IMG/VR virus record: IMGVR_UViG_3300049828_000410
Coordinates: 1 to 39,021 of that record
From: a virus
Lineage: Duplodnaviria; Caudoviricetes
Strand: one strand, 5' to 3'
Length of the DNA stretch: 39,021 nucleotides
Positions 28,200 through 36,644 of this stretch are shown piece after piece. The notes beneath the pieces are model-generated. The model ran no database searches. It was not told the DNA's origin and worked only from the letters and a program-made list of their open reading frames with translations. Numbering within the stretch: position 1 is the stretch's first letter; every line of letters starts with the position of its first letter. The translations under genes were made by a program, and so were the position numbers.

Positions 28200-28621
28200 T
28201 GGCGCATGATTGCGTAGTCGGCTTAGTACCGGACTCCGGGGGCTCAACGCCTACGCCTGGAACCAGCGCCAGTCCTGGTTTTCAATACGGTCGAGCGGGA
28301 GATGTAACCGCAGGGACCTACTTGCAAGTGATCGCCAACGTACCGAGCTCTGTATCGGGCTTGATCGTTCCCTTCATAGGCGTGATTACGAGAGCATTTG
28401 TTACCGCTGAGAATGCGACGACGTGCGGTTTCAAGATTCAACTAAGGACGGACCCTGGACCTGTTTACACCGATTTGGCCTCTTTAACTCTGACAGCCGC
28501 AAGAAAGAACGATATTACTCTCGCGGTGTCAGTCAACAACGGCGACGAGTTAGTCATCCTCATGGAAACGGGAACTGTCCGGAATGTCCAAGTGGGATTG
28601 ATTATCGAACAAAGCCCATAA
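28199..28621 (+). CDS. Beta-rich putative virion protein
   Basis: SASPGFQYGRAG, VSVNNGDEL; TAATG coupling. Confidence 0.6.
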   Translation: MAHDCVVGLVPDSGGSTPTPGTSASPGFQYGRAGDVTAGTYLQVIANVPSSVSGLIVPFIGVITRAFVTAENATTCGFKIQLRTDPGPVYTDLASLTLTAARKNDITLAVSVNNGDELVILMETGTVRNVQVGLIIEQSP

Positions 28622-28633
28622 GGGAGCGGTGTC

Positions 28634-29149
28634 ATTTCAAAGATATTAAAGAATACAACCGCTGCTCCTATAGTCATTATCGATGTCGGATATGTGACGA
28701 TTCCAGCAAGTCCTGGGCAGTACACGATTCCGCCCCAAGACTATCTCCTGTTTGCGGCATCAAGTAACACGGTGACGTTTGTCGGTGCTGGCGACTTGGT
28801 CGTAAACGACGGCTCAGTTGACCTAAATATCTCTGACGGTATCGACCTGATTAAAGGGATATATCCTCAGTATTATGTGTTTGTACCAACTGTCACGACG
28901 GCAACTTTAACGCTCGCAAACACGGAATATTCGGTCACATTGCCTACCGACACACGTCGTTATATAATGTTCGTCAGAGGCCCTGGCATCGTTCAGTATT
29001 CTTTCGCCGTTGGCACATCCGGCACAAACTACGTCCCCCTAACCCCAGGCGCTTTTATTTCGAACGGGTTCATCGGTGCGGGTTCCGTGACGCTGTATTT
29101 GCAGTCGCCCGTTGCGGGAACTGTAGTGTCTTTCGAATCTTGGACTTAA
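28634..29149 (+). CDS. Putative virion protein, probably initiated at ATT 28634
   Basis: Frame is open from 28622; AAGGGAG lies 7 nt before ATT, giving MSKILKNTTAAPIVIIDVGYVTIPAS... Confidence 0.6.
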   Translation: MSKILKNTTAAPIVIIDVGYVTIPASPGQYTIPPQDYLLFAASSNTVTFVGAGDLVVNDGSVDLNISDGIDLIKGIYPQYYVFVPTVTTATLTLANTEYSVTLPTDTRRYIMFVRGPGIVQYSFAVGTSGTNYVPLTPGAFISNGFIGAGSVTLYLQSPVAGTVVSFESWT

Positions 29150-29165
29150 ACTTTAGGGGGTTTCG

Positions 29166-30101
29166 ATGTCTCTTAGTGCAGCTGGTAAAACAAAAATTGA
29201 AGTCAACACAGGTACGGTTGCTAACGGTGATTCGATTGCCGCTTACACAGCCGACGCCTCTGGCGCGTTTATCACCTCTACCTTGGCCGGTGCCAAGCAA
29301 TCGATGGACGTCTATGCCGCTGGTACTTTTGCTGAAGACTCGGCGCATACTTCCGGCGACCTTGGTATGCAGAGCCTTGCGGTTCGTAACGACGCTGGCA
29401 CGGCCCTCGCAGGCGCTGACGGCGATTACATTCCTTTCAGCACTGATGCAAACGGCAAGCTTTGGGTAAACGCTGCAGTAACGACTCTTCCCGGCATTTA
29501 TGCTGAAGATTCGGCTCATGCTTCTGGCGACCTCGGCATGCAAGTTTTGGCCGTACGTAACGACGCCGGCACCCCGCTTGCAGCTGACGGCGACTACATT
29601 CCTTTCACCACCGACGCTACTGGCGCTCTTCGCGTAGCTGCTACCTTCGCTGGCACAGTTACTGTTGCATACCAATACGCTGAAGACAGCGCAGCAGCTG
29701 ACGGCTTCATCGGTGCAGCAGTCTTGGGCGTTCGTCGCGACACGACTGCAGCAACCGCTGGCGCTTCTGGCGACTACTCTGAGCTTCAGACATGGTCGAA
29801 CGGTGAGATGAAAGTTGCCGACATCGTCAACTTGTCGAACCTTCAGCAAGTGATCTCGGTTGGCACCTCGGCAGTAGCTCTTCCAGCCGCTCCCTTGGCG
29901 CTCCGCAAGTCGCTGATGATCCAAAACCTCAGCTCCGCTCTGCTCTACGTTGGTTCTGCCACGGTTACAAGCTCTGGCGCTACTCGCGGAATCCAGATCG
30001 GCAAGGGCGGCTTCATCACGGTTGATGCTGGTCCAGCTCAAGCTGTCTATGGTATTGCTACAGCAGCTTCTTCTGACGTAGCAATCTGGGAACTAAGCTA
30101 A
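29166..30101 (+). CDS. Repeat-containing structural (head fibre/decoration-like) protein
   Basis: Three AEDSAHxSGDLGMQxLAVRND...GDY repeats plus a C-terminal jelly-roll-like domain; AGGGGG RBS; capsid-like codon bias. Confidence 0.7.
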   Translation: MSLSAAGKTKIEVNTGTVANGDSIAAYTADASGAFITSTLAGAKQSMDVYAAGTFAEDSAHTSGDLGMQSLAVRNDAGTALAGADGDYIPFSTDANGKLWVNAAVTTLPGIYAEDSAHASGDLGMQVLAVRNDAGTPLAADGDYIPFTTDATGALRVAATFAGTVTVAYQYAEDSAAADGFIGAAVLGVRRDTTAATAGASGDYSELQTWSNGEMKVADIVNLSNLQQVISVGTSAVALPAAPLALRKSLMIQNLSSALLYVGSATVTSSGATRGIQIGKGGFITVDAGPAQAVYGIATAASSDVAIWELS

Positions 30102-30110
30102 GGAATTGCC

Positions 30111-30449
30111 TTGGACATTAAGAACGTAACAGAGGCCGATCATTTGCGACTGATGCAGATGATCGGTCTCGTCAATGCCGCAACGTTTGGCCCCTACTCC
30201 GCGAAAGTTATCGTGGAGAAGGGGGAGATGATTGGTAAGATGATGGCCGAGTCACGGCAAGCCTTGGAGTGGTTCAAAGCACTCGCGGTACAAGTGCAAA
30301 CCGAACTCGACCGTCAGGCGAGCGAAAAAAAAATCGCCCCAGAGAGCCCTGCTGAGACTAGTGTCGGTGCTCCAGCCGCCGCCGCAGGGGGACTTGCCAT
30401 CAAATCTTATAACCCTGGCAAATTTCCGTCGCCCAAGCGGAGGAAATAA
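30111..30449 (+). CDS. Hypothetical protein
   Basis: AAGGA RBS before TTG; fills the gap between neighbours. Confidence 0.6.
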   Translation: MDIKNVTEADHLRLMQMIGLVNAATFGPYSAKVIVEKGEMIGKMMAESRQALEWFKALAVQVQTELDRQASEKKIAPESPAETSVGAPAAAAGGLAIKSYNPGKFPSPKRRK

Positions 30450-30451
30450 AG

Positions 30452-31105
30452 ATGGCGGGCTCGATTAGCGCCGGCGACTTATCGGGCATGACCATTGAAG
30501 GCGGTACTGATGGGACGACCATTGGTAACGTCTCAGACAGCCTTAAAACCAACGTTACCAACTTCCCGACGACACAACAGACATCCGACACCGAACTTGC
30601 GACGTTTGTGGCTTATGCCCAAGACATCGCAATCGGCAACAATAAAAGCATGGTGTCTCTCGTTAATACTTCAGGAAGCTCTGTCGTTATTAAGATTCGA
30701 GAGATCCGCATCATGAACGTCCAGACGACTGCGGTAACTGGTGTTATCGCCGATATGCGTCTGTTGAGAATTACAAATCATTCTGCCGGCACAGCCATTA
30801 CTCCAGTGGCGCACGATACTGGCGATACCCTCAACGGAAGTGTAACCGCACGCACAGGCGCAACGGTCACGTCTGAATTAACTCCAGTCTATCGACGCTG
30901 GAAGTACTCTACGGATGAATGGGGTGTAGGTACATTGGACGTGGAAGCTTTGGACCAAGCCATCCAAAAGCAATCCCCACTGTATGAGCAAGTGGCAAAG
31001 ACCAAGCCGTTTACGTTACGGGCAAATGAGGGATTTACGATCAAGCAAGTCACCAACTCAACTGTCGGTACGTTTGATTTGCTCCTAGTTTTCACGCAGG
31101 AATAA
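30452..31105 (+). CDS. Putative virion protein
   Basis: IEGGTDGTTIGNVSDSLK, Thr-rich beta protein, FTLRANEG; GGAGG RBS. Confidence 0.62.
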   Translation: MAGSISAGDLSGMTIEGGTDGTTIGNVSDSLKTNVTNFPTTQQTSDTELATFVAYAQDIAIGNNKSMVSLVNTSGSSVVIKIREIRIMNVQTTAVTGVIADMRLLRITNHSAGTAITPVAHDTGDTLNGSVTARTGATVTSELTPVYRRWKYSTDEWGVGTLDVEALDQAIQKQSPLYEQVAKTKPFTLRANEGFTIKQVTNSTVGTFDLLLVFTQE

Positions 31106-31107
31106 CT

Positions 31108-31734
31108 ATGTTTGAAATCCCCTGGGCGCTATTCAAAACGTTTGTCGATGACAGAAGCTTAAGCGTTCAATGGATCGACAACGATTCCACCTATTTCATG
31201 TGGGCCTACGATGGGCCGATGGCTTTTCGCTGCGCCATTTATCAAGACGGAAGTGCCGACCAATTAGCGTTTGAAGCAAGCTATAAAGCAGCCGGGAACA
31301 AGCGCGTCATCGCCAACGTTTCAGCAGTTTCCACGGCTTCCATTGGCTCAAGAGTTGTCTTAATCAATAACGTCTATAAAACGCTTTATCAGCGGGTTTG
31401 CGGCATACAATCCGCCGTAGCAGTAGGCACAAACACTATTTCCTACACCATCCCGTTTGCTTGGGTGCGGTTTTTTGGCGTCGAATTATTCAACGGTGAA
31501 GCGCTCGATTACACCGATTTTAAAATCTTCGATACGGCGGGCGGGGCCTATTCTGGCGTCCCGAATGCACAATTGAACCAATTTGGTTATAGTGCCAACG
31601 TCGCGAAAGACTACTACTGCCGAACTGCTAACTTTGACGCCGACCTATATATCGGTATGATAATCAAGCTAACCTACAACTCCGTATCGGCCAAGACGAT
31701 CGGATTAAACTTCCTTTTGAACGAAGTTACATAA
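31108..31734 (+). CDS. Hypothetical, putative virion protein
   Basis: Tightly packed ORF with AGGA RBS; aromatic-rich beta character. Confidence 0.6.
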   Translation: MFEIPWALFKTFVDDRSLSVQWIDNDSTYFMWAYDGPMAFRCAIYQDGSADQLAFEASYKAAGNKRVIANVSAVSTASIGSRVVLINNVYKTLYQRVCGIQSAVAVGTNTISYTIPFAWVRFFGVELFNGEALDYTDFKIFDTAGGAYSGVPNAQLNQFGYSANVAKDYYCRTANFDADLYIGMIIKLTYNSVSAKTIGLNFLLNEVT

Positions 31735-31756
31735 ACGCTCCACTCTGGGGGTTGTC

Positions 31757-33376
31757 ATGTCGGTAGACCACAAGGACGTGAATCGTAAACTTGCGTGGGC
31801 AAGCCTTCTTGTCCTGCTTAGCATCGTCATGTTCTGCCTCGACCGCCTAACCGGCTGTTCGAGAGACGAGCCGCAGCAGCGCCAAGCCGTGGGGTATGAG
31901 ATACCGACAGAGGCTCCAAAAGAGCCTCCCCCGCCCATCAAGGATACCAATCCTAACTTCTTGGCTTTGGACGAGATCGAAGACGTGATTCTTCGCGATT
32001 TAAGCCGTCCTGAGCTAAATCAGGCCGATCGCGAAAACTATCGTTATCTTGTGGTTTCCGACATCGTCAACGAAGGCGGTGAAACTGCTCAGCCAATTGA
32101 TGGCATGAATAAAACCATCAACACCTTGTCCACAGAGAGATCGCTAGAGAAAGGCGAAGTGATCGATCCTGATAAGTCGATCATGCGCATCGATCTTAGA
32201 GATTACTTCGGAACCAAGGGACGTGCGGTTTGGCAGCGTTTTGAAAAGGACGCCATCATCAAGGTGGTGTCCCAGACTGTCCGTGGCCGCACCTTGCAAT
32301 TCCTTGCGCAAGCGGTACAGCCCTGGGCTCACGCGCGGGTATTTGCTGAAACAACACTCACAAAAGAAACCTACTACGACATTGTTGGTATTCCGGCAAC
32401 TCTCGCTTTGTTTTATTCCAAGTTCGCAGGCGTCATCCCGCAAGATGAGTTCGACGCGCAGAACGAGGGGCTAACCCTTGTAGGCTCGCAAAACTCTTTG
32501 ATCTCTCAGAACAACAGAATGCTTTGGCGGCTTGATGGTGCTGAGGGTGGGGTATGGCAAACATTCGACGTAGACAACCGAGTTGTAGGCAACGCACAAA
32601 ACCTCTTTGAGAATCCGTTCCCGGTTGAAGTTAATCCGTTCGTCGCCCAACTTGCTGACGAAGGGAAGGCCGAGCTTTGCTGCCGTCGCGAGAAGCCAAA
32701 GCCGCCTCCCCCGCCTCCAAAGCCTGCACCACCTAAACCGCCGGTTCGCCAAGTCTTGACCAACAAGATCTTTCAGCACGCGGCATCGGAAGTCATTGCA
32801 TCGCTCCCAAACGGGATGCTTGCTTTTGGGCTCTTTAATGCTGCAGGCGGTCGCGAAAACTCGGCCCCACAGACGGTTGTGACCAACACCCGTGCGGTAG
32901 GCTTGGGACTCTCGTCTGAGCTCCAAAACGCAAGAGATTGCTCGGGGTGCCACACCGCAGGGTTCATCAAGTTCACGGATGAGATCGGAGCACACATTAT
33001 TGGGTCTGCAGTCTTCAACGATGTCGAGAAGAAGCTAGGCCGCGAGCTTTATCGGCCCCAGCGCGAAGTGGATAAGTTGTTCGAGGACGATAACGAGCAA
33101 TTTGCCGACGCCATGGAAAAGCTCGATATCGAGATCCGCGAGGACCCGATTAACGTAGGTCTTCTTGATAACGTGCGGTCTGGGATTTCCTTCAAAGAGG
33201 CTGCAAGCTTCTTCTTCCTCGAGGAAGGGGACTTCCTAGCAAGGCTTCGTGGAGTGCAGACAGCTCAAGCGGAAGTTGGTACCCTAATCCGGGGCGGATC
33301 GCTGAGCTTCCAGCAGTTTGTGAACTCGGCCCCGCAAATCATCAAAGACCTGAACTTGTTTCAGGACATTCGCTGA
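31757..33376 (+). CDS. Exported (lipo)protein with a c-type heme-binding motif
   Basis: N-terminal hydrophobic helix and lipobox-like LTGC; SEVIASLPNGMLAFGL; CSGCH at 32939-32953. Confidence 0.72.
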   Translation: MSVDHKDVNRKLAWASLLVLLSIVMFCLDRLTGCSRDEPQQRQAVGYEIPTEAPKEPPPPIKDTNPNFLALDEIEDVILRDLSRPELNQADRENYRYLVVSDIVNEGGETAQPIDGMNKTINTLSTERSLEKGEVIDPDKSIMRIDLRDYFGTKGRAVWQRFEKDAIIKVVSQTVRGRTLQFLAQAVQPWAHARVFAETTLTKETYYDIVGIPATLALFYSKFAGVIPQDEFDAQNEGLTLVGSQNSLISQNNRMLWRLDGAEGGVWQTFDVDNRVVGNAQNLFENPFPVEVNPFVAQLADEGKAELCCRREKPKPPPPPPKPAPPKPPVRQVLTNKIFQHAASEVIASLPNGMLAFGLFNAAGGRENSAPQTVVTNTRAVGLGLSSELQNARDCSGCHTAGFIKFTDEIGAHIIGSAVFNDVEKKLGRELYRPQREVDKLFEDDNEQFADAMEKLDIEIREDPINVGLLDNVRSGISFKEAASFFFLEEGDFLARLRGVQTAQAEVGTLIRGGSLSFQQFVNSAPQIIKDLNLFQDIR

Positions 33377-33380
33377 GGGT

Positions 33381-33752
33381 TTGAAGATGCGCATGAGAAC
33401 GTTTGCAGAAGACCATGGCGCGAACATGCTGATCGTCGTCGTCATCTTGGCGGTCCTGGTAGTTTTCCTTATGCCCGCGTGCGGTGTGGAGAAGGAAGCC
33501 GATCCTTACCCCGAACCTGCAAGGCCGCCAAAGCCAGGCCCAGCGGGTGATGCTGCCTGGGACGAGCTAAAACCGATTGTGGCAGCCAATTGTGGTGGGT
33601 GTCACAATGGGTCTACCCACCCTTTGAAATTCGATTCTGGGGCTGCTTTTAAGCGTTCCAAGGCGAAAGCCAGGATACTCAACGGAACCATGCCGCCTTC
33701 TGGCTCTTTGGCACCCGATGCGAAGGCCAAGATGCTAGCTTACCTTGGCTAA
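33381..33752 (+). CDS. Class I monoheme cytochrome c lipoprotein
   Basis: Hydrophobic signal plus MPAC-G lipobox-like site; LKPIVAANCGGCH (33591-33605); distal MPP axial Met; terminal helix AKMLAYL. The true start may be a downstream ATG. Confidence 0.85.
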   Translation: MKMRMRTFAEDHGANMLIVVVILAVLVVFLMPACGVEKEADPYPEPARPPKPGPAGDAAWDELKPIVAANCGGCHNGSTHPLKFDSGAAFKRSKAKARILNGTMPPSGSLAPDAKAKMLAYLG

Positions 33753-34052
33753 CTGCTTCTTCCAGAACTTCACGGGATCGATCGGTTCCCGTGGGTGTTT
33801 CGCCTTCTGAGGTTTCTTGGTAGCCGCGTTAAGTTTGGCGCGAGCTTCCAGAACCTTTTTGCATTTGGCGCACTTTTCTATTTTCAGCCAAGTGCCGGGC
33901 GGCCCATAGCGCCCGTTGCAGTTGGTGCAGATCTTAGAATAAGGGGCAAAGTGGTCCCCTGGCTCAAGCTCTATTATCGGACGACCGAAAACACTGCTGT
34001 GAGCTTCGGGGGTAACTTTGCAGACTTTGTTGTCGTTAACTTGCGGTTTCAT
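33735..34052 (-). CDS. Zinc-ribbon hypothetical protein
   Basis: CTNC-x14-CAKC; ATGA-coupled within the minus-strand operon. Confidence 0.6.
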   Translation of the reverse strand: MKPQVNDNKVCKVTPEAHSSVFGRPIIELEPGDHFAPYSKICTNCNGRYGPPGTWLKIEKCAKCKKVLEARAKLNAATKKPQKAKHPREPIDPVKFWKKQLAKVS

Positions 34053-34243
34053 TTCGGCTGATCGTTACAATCTTCCGGAATACGGAAAGCTTCCGGCCTA
34101 GAGTTATACTCGTCATCCCACTGCTGTTCGCACAACTTGCGCAGGCGTCCGGCCAAGAACCAGGCCGCCCAGCATCCCGCAAGAATAGAAACACAAATCG
34201 CGACAAGAAGCCACAAGTCTAGGCTAATGCTCGACATGTTCAT
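34049..34243 (-). CDS. Small membrane protein
   Basis: TM LWLLVAICVSILAGCWAAWFLA. Confidence 0.55.
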   Translation of the reverse strand: MNMSSISLDLWLLVAICVSILAGCWAAWFLAGRLRKLCEQQWDDEYNSRPEAFRIPEDCNDQPK

Positions 34244-34469
34244 CGCCGCTGTCGTTGGTGTCGAAATCAGAGGGTGGCGGATAGGCTTTAAATATGCCTT
34301 TTAACGCATCCTCGTATTCCTCTTTGCTTAAGACCTGAAGCTCGGCGCTTAAAGTAATTAAGAACTTTGCTAACATCGCAGACGGCATCTCGGTTTTTTT
34401 TTGAACGTGGAGGATACAGCTCCGTAAATCGCCGAGAATGCCGAGGGCCGTGGTAAACCCGTCACTCAT
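34224..34469 (-). CDS. Hypothetical protein
   Basis: ATGA-coupled to erf; AAGGA RBS. Confidence 0.6.
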   Translation of the reverse strand: MSDGFTTALGILGDLRSCILHVQKKTEMPSAMLAKFLITLSAELQVLSKEEYEDALKGIFKAYPPPSDFDTNDSGDEHVEH

Positions 34470-35176
34470 GAAACATCCTTTTTATCGAGAATAGCCATCA
34501 ACACATTGTCCAAATCATCGGACGACTGACCCTTCATATTAAAGGCTATCTCGGCCCAAAAGCTCTCTGGAATATTGCGCGTCTGTAGTTGTGTTCTCAG
34601 TATCGATACATGGTGTTGATCATCTGGGTTGAACCCTAGCGATGAACCGCTACTCTGAGGAGCTTCGCTAATCCCGCTAACTTTTCTAGGCGCGTCACTA
34701 GGTCTAAGGGAAGGCCCACGTGCGGTTTCTTGCGGATTCTGATTAGCCATCCCCTGATACCGGCTGGACTGGTTCGCTTTAGGATCATGTTGTGCTCCAT
34801 TGCCGTCGTCGTCTTCATCTGCCACGATCGCGAGCATGCTTATTATCGCATACCTACGCGCATACGTTATGCAGGACCCGATAGACTGCGGCGTGTCGTC
34901 TTTTGGTCTAAGTGTGAGTTCGCTCTCGATCCACTGCCCGGACTTGTGCGCAATCCTCGTGAGAAGATTCACGCGCCCCTCGGCAAAGCCTGGCGACTGC
35001 AAGATGCAGAGTCCATGCTTCGATAGAGGGAGCTTGCAAGCCTCGCGAATACCCGCCAAGTCAGCGTAGCGCGACTTGAAATGCGGATTAATCTTGTTGA
35101 AAGATACGGTGCCGATTTCACCCTGAGCAAGCGATAGAGCTTCGCTGATCTTGTCTACAGATTCGGATGTCTTCAT
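34466..35176 (-). CDS. erf: ERF-family ssDNA annealing protein
   Basis: NPHFKSRYADL, HKSGQWIES, PQSIGSCITYARRY, DEDDDGN. Confidence 0.93.
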   Translation of the reverse strand: MKTSESVDKISEALSLAQGEIGTVSFNKINPHFKSRYADLAGIREACKLPLSKHGLCILQSPGFAEGRVNLLTRIAHKSGQWIESELTLRPKDDTPQSIGSCITYARRYAIISMLAIVADEDDDGNGAQHDPKANQSSRYQGMANQNPQETARGPSLRPSDAPRKVSGISEAPQSSGSSLGFNPDDQHHVSILRTQLQTRNIPESFWAEIAFNMKGQSSDDLDNVLMAILDKKDVS

Positions 35177-35436
35177 TTTTTCCCATACGACATTACAGGT
35201 TTTACAGCTTCAATTTCGAGATCTGCCAAATCCCGTACTACACCAGCAGGCATGTCGTTTAGGTTTTCAATCAAATTATCTGCTAAAATGATCGATGCCC
35301 GTGTGACATCTGAGGACATTCGCATTCCGCCGCTAAGGAGCCCTTTGGCCATCTCCAGAGCGAAGTGTTCCCTTTTTGTGAGTGAGTTCGAATATCCCTC
35401 GGGATTCACCAGATAGTCTGTTGGCCTTGTCTGCAT
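35173..35436 (-). CDS. Hypothetical phage protein (LTKREHFA family)
   Basis: LTKREHFALEMAKGLLS...SIILADNLIENLN is a common small phage protein pattern. Confidence 0.7.
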   Translation of the reverse strand: MQTRPTDYLVNPEGYSNSLTKREHFALEMAKGLLSGGMRMSSDVTRASIILADNLIENLNDMPAGVVRDLADLEIEAVKPVMSYGKK

Positions 35437-35566
35437 TGTCTACCCACTCCTGTAATAGTTGTCTGACCACTTCGCTGATACCAATTGGCCACGCTAACGC
35501 CATAGCGCGCTTGTGCAGCTTAACTGGTAAAATCATACCTAGTCTTGTCTGCGCCGGTTTTCTCAT
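35333..35566 (-). CDS. Ribbon-helix-helix (CopG/Arc-like) transcriptional regulator
   Basis: TRLGMILPVKLHKRAMALA...ISEVVRQLLQEWV. Confidence 0.65.
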   Translation of the reverse strand: MRKPAQTRLGMILPVKLHKRAMALAWPIGISEVVRQLLQEWVDNADKANRLSGESRGIFELTHKKGTLRSGDGQRAP

Positions 35567-35593
35567 TGCCTATTCGACTCCGATTAGAAAGGA

Positions 35594-36079
35594 ATGCTAA
35601 TGCTTACTAATCTGGCCGAGATCAGTCAACAGCGAAATGCTTCATACGATCTCTTGTGCCCGTTCATCGTCGAGCCCCTAAGTGACGCACTGGTAACATT
35701 AGCCATGCGTGACGTTGTGGTGCAGGTTTTTGAGGGGTTTCGCTCACCCGAGCGGCAGCGTGTTCTGTATGAACAAGGACGTACCGCACCCGGCAAGATC
35801 GTTACAAACGCAAGGCCATGGCATTCATTTCATCAATACGGCTTAGCAGTCGATCTCGTTTTTAAAACAAAAGACAAGAAGTGGTCTTGGGACGGCGATT
35901 ATAAGACCGTGGCACAAGTCATGCAGGACAGGGGCTTTGAGTGGCTTGGTGAGGCCGATCAACCGCACTTTCAAATGCGCGGCAAATACACCGCAATGCA
36001 AGCCTATGAAATCACCCGCGCCTATGGTGTCCAGGCGCTCTGGAATGCTATATTCCAAAGCAAAGGAAAAATCGCATGA
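35594..36079 (+). CDS. Endolysin, M15 family L-Ala-D-Glu peptidase
   Basis: EGFRSPERQRVLYEQGRT, IVTNA, SFHQYGLAVD, DQPHFQ. Confidence 0.92.
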   Translation: MLMLTNLAEISQQRNASYDLLCPFIVEPLSDALVTLAMRDVVVQVFEGFRSPERQRVLYEQGRTAPGKIVTNARPWHSFHQYGLAVDLVFKTKDKKWSWDGDYKTVAQVMQDRGFEWLGEADQPHFQMRGKYTAMQAYEITRAYGVQALWNAIFQSKGKIA

Positions 36080-36186
36080 TCGCCGAATGTGAAGATTGCC
36101 AAACAATCTTTGAGCAACGAGCGTTGCATATTAAAGTGTGTGACACCTGCGCAATGGAGCGCGAAATTCGAGAGGAAGACCAATGA
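36076..36186 (+). CDS. 36-aa zinc-ribbon protein (not in ORF track)
   Basis: MIAECEDCQTIFEQRALHIKVCDTCAMEREIREEDQ; ATGA overlaps at both ends; AAGGA RBS. Confidence 0.72.
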   Translation: MIAECEDCQTIFEQRALHIKVCDTCAMEREIREEDQ

Positions 36187-36644
36187 AGCGTTTAGCAGTT
36201 TTAGTGGCTTTAGCAACTCCAGCGTTCGGTGCAGGCAAAGCCTCTTTCGAGGTCCCGGCCATCGGCGACTTGCTCTCCATCGAAGGGAAGGACTGTGTGG
36301 TCACGGGTGATCTCGCCAAGGGGGCCTTTGAGGTTTCCCTAGTGTCATGCACCACCGGCATCAAAATGCGCGATGGCCACATGTGCGAAGACATGGAATG
36401 TGCCAAGTTCCCCGTGGCAAAGGCGCAACTGACAGGACTTCCATCGGCTGACGGCAAGTTCAAGCTAGCCGGAACTCTGACCCTTCATGGCGTGGAAAAG
36501 CCCCTGGAAGGCGATGGAGAAATGAAAAAAGGGACACTAGAGGCAAGCTTCAAGGTGCGACTCGAGGACTTCGGCATCAAGCGCCGGACCCATCTTGGTG
36601 TGGGCGTGGGTGAAGTGGCCAGCGTCAAGGTGGAGTTCAAATAA
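36183..36644 (+). CDS. yceI: YceI-family periplasmic lipid/polyisoprenoid-binding protein
   Basis: Signal peptide MKRLAVLVALATPAFG; TGIKMRDGHM, KFP, GTLTLHGVEKP, FKVRLEDFGI. Confidence 0.88.
   Translation: MKRLAVLVALATPAFGAGKASFEVPAIGDLLSIEGKDCVVTGDLAKGAFEVSLVSCTTGIKMRDGHMCEDMECAKFPVAKAQLTGLPSADGKFKLAGTLTLHGVEKPLEGDGEMKKGTLEASFKVRLEDFGIKRRTHLGVGVGEVASVKVEFK

Noticed and set aside
29330-29614. Repeat pair as DGR template/variable repeats
   Set aside because: Differences are mostly synonymous and not adenine-specific, both copies are in one gene, and no reverse transcriptase is encoded.
29070-30041. 323-aa antisense ORF
   Set aside because: Shadow of the codon-biased plus-strand gene 29166-30101; no recognisable motifs.
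30325-30333. A9 run as a programmed frameshift or phase-variable site
   Set aside because: The ORF is intact through it, the next gene has its own GGAGG RBS, and there is no tape-measure/chaperone context.
36089-36310. 73-aa ORF from the track
   Set aside because: Overlaps yceI out of frame; the 36076-36186 zinc-ribbon ORF fits the gap with coupling at both ends.
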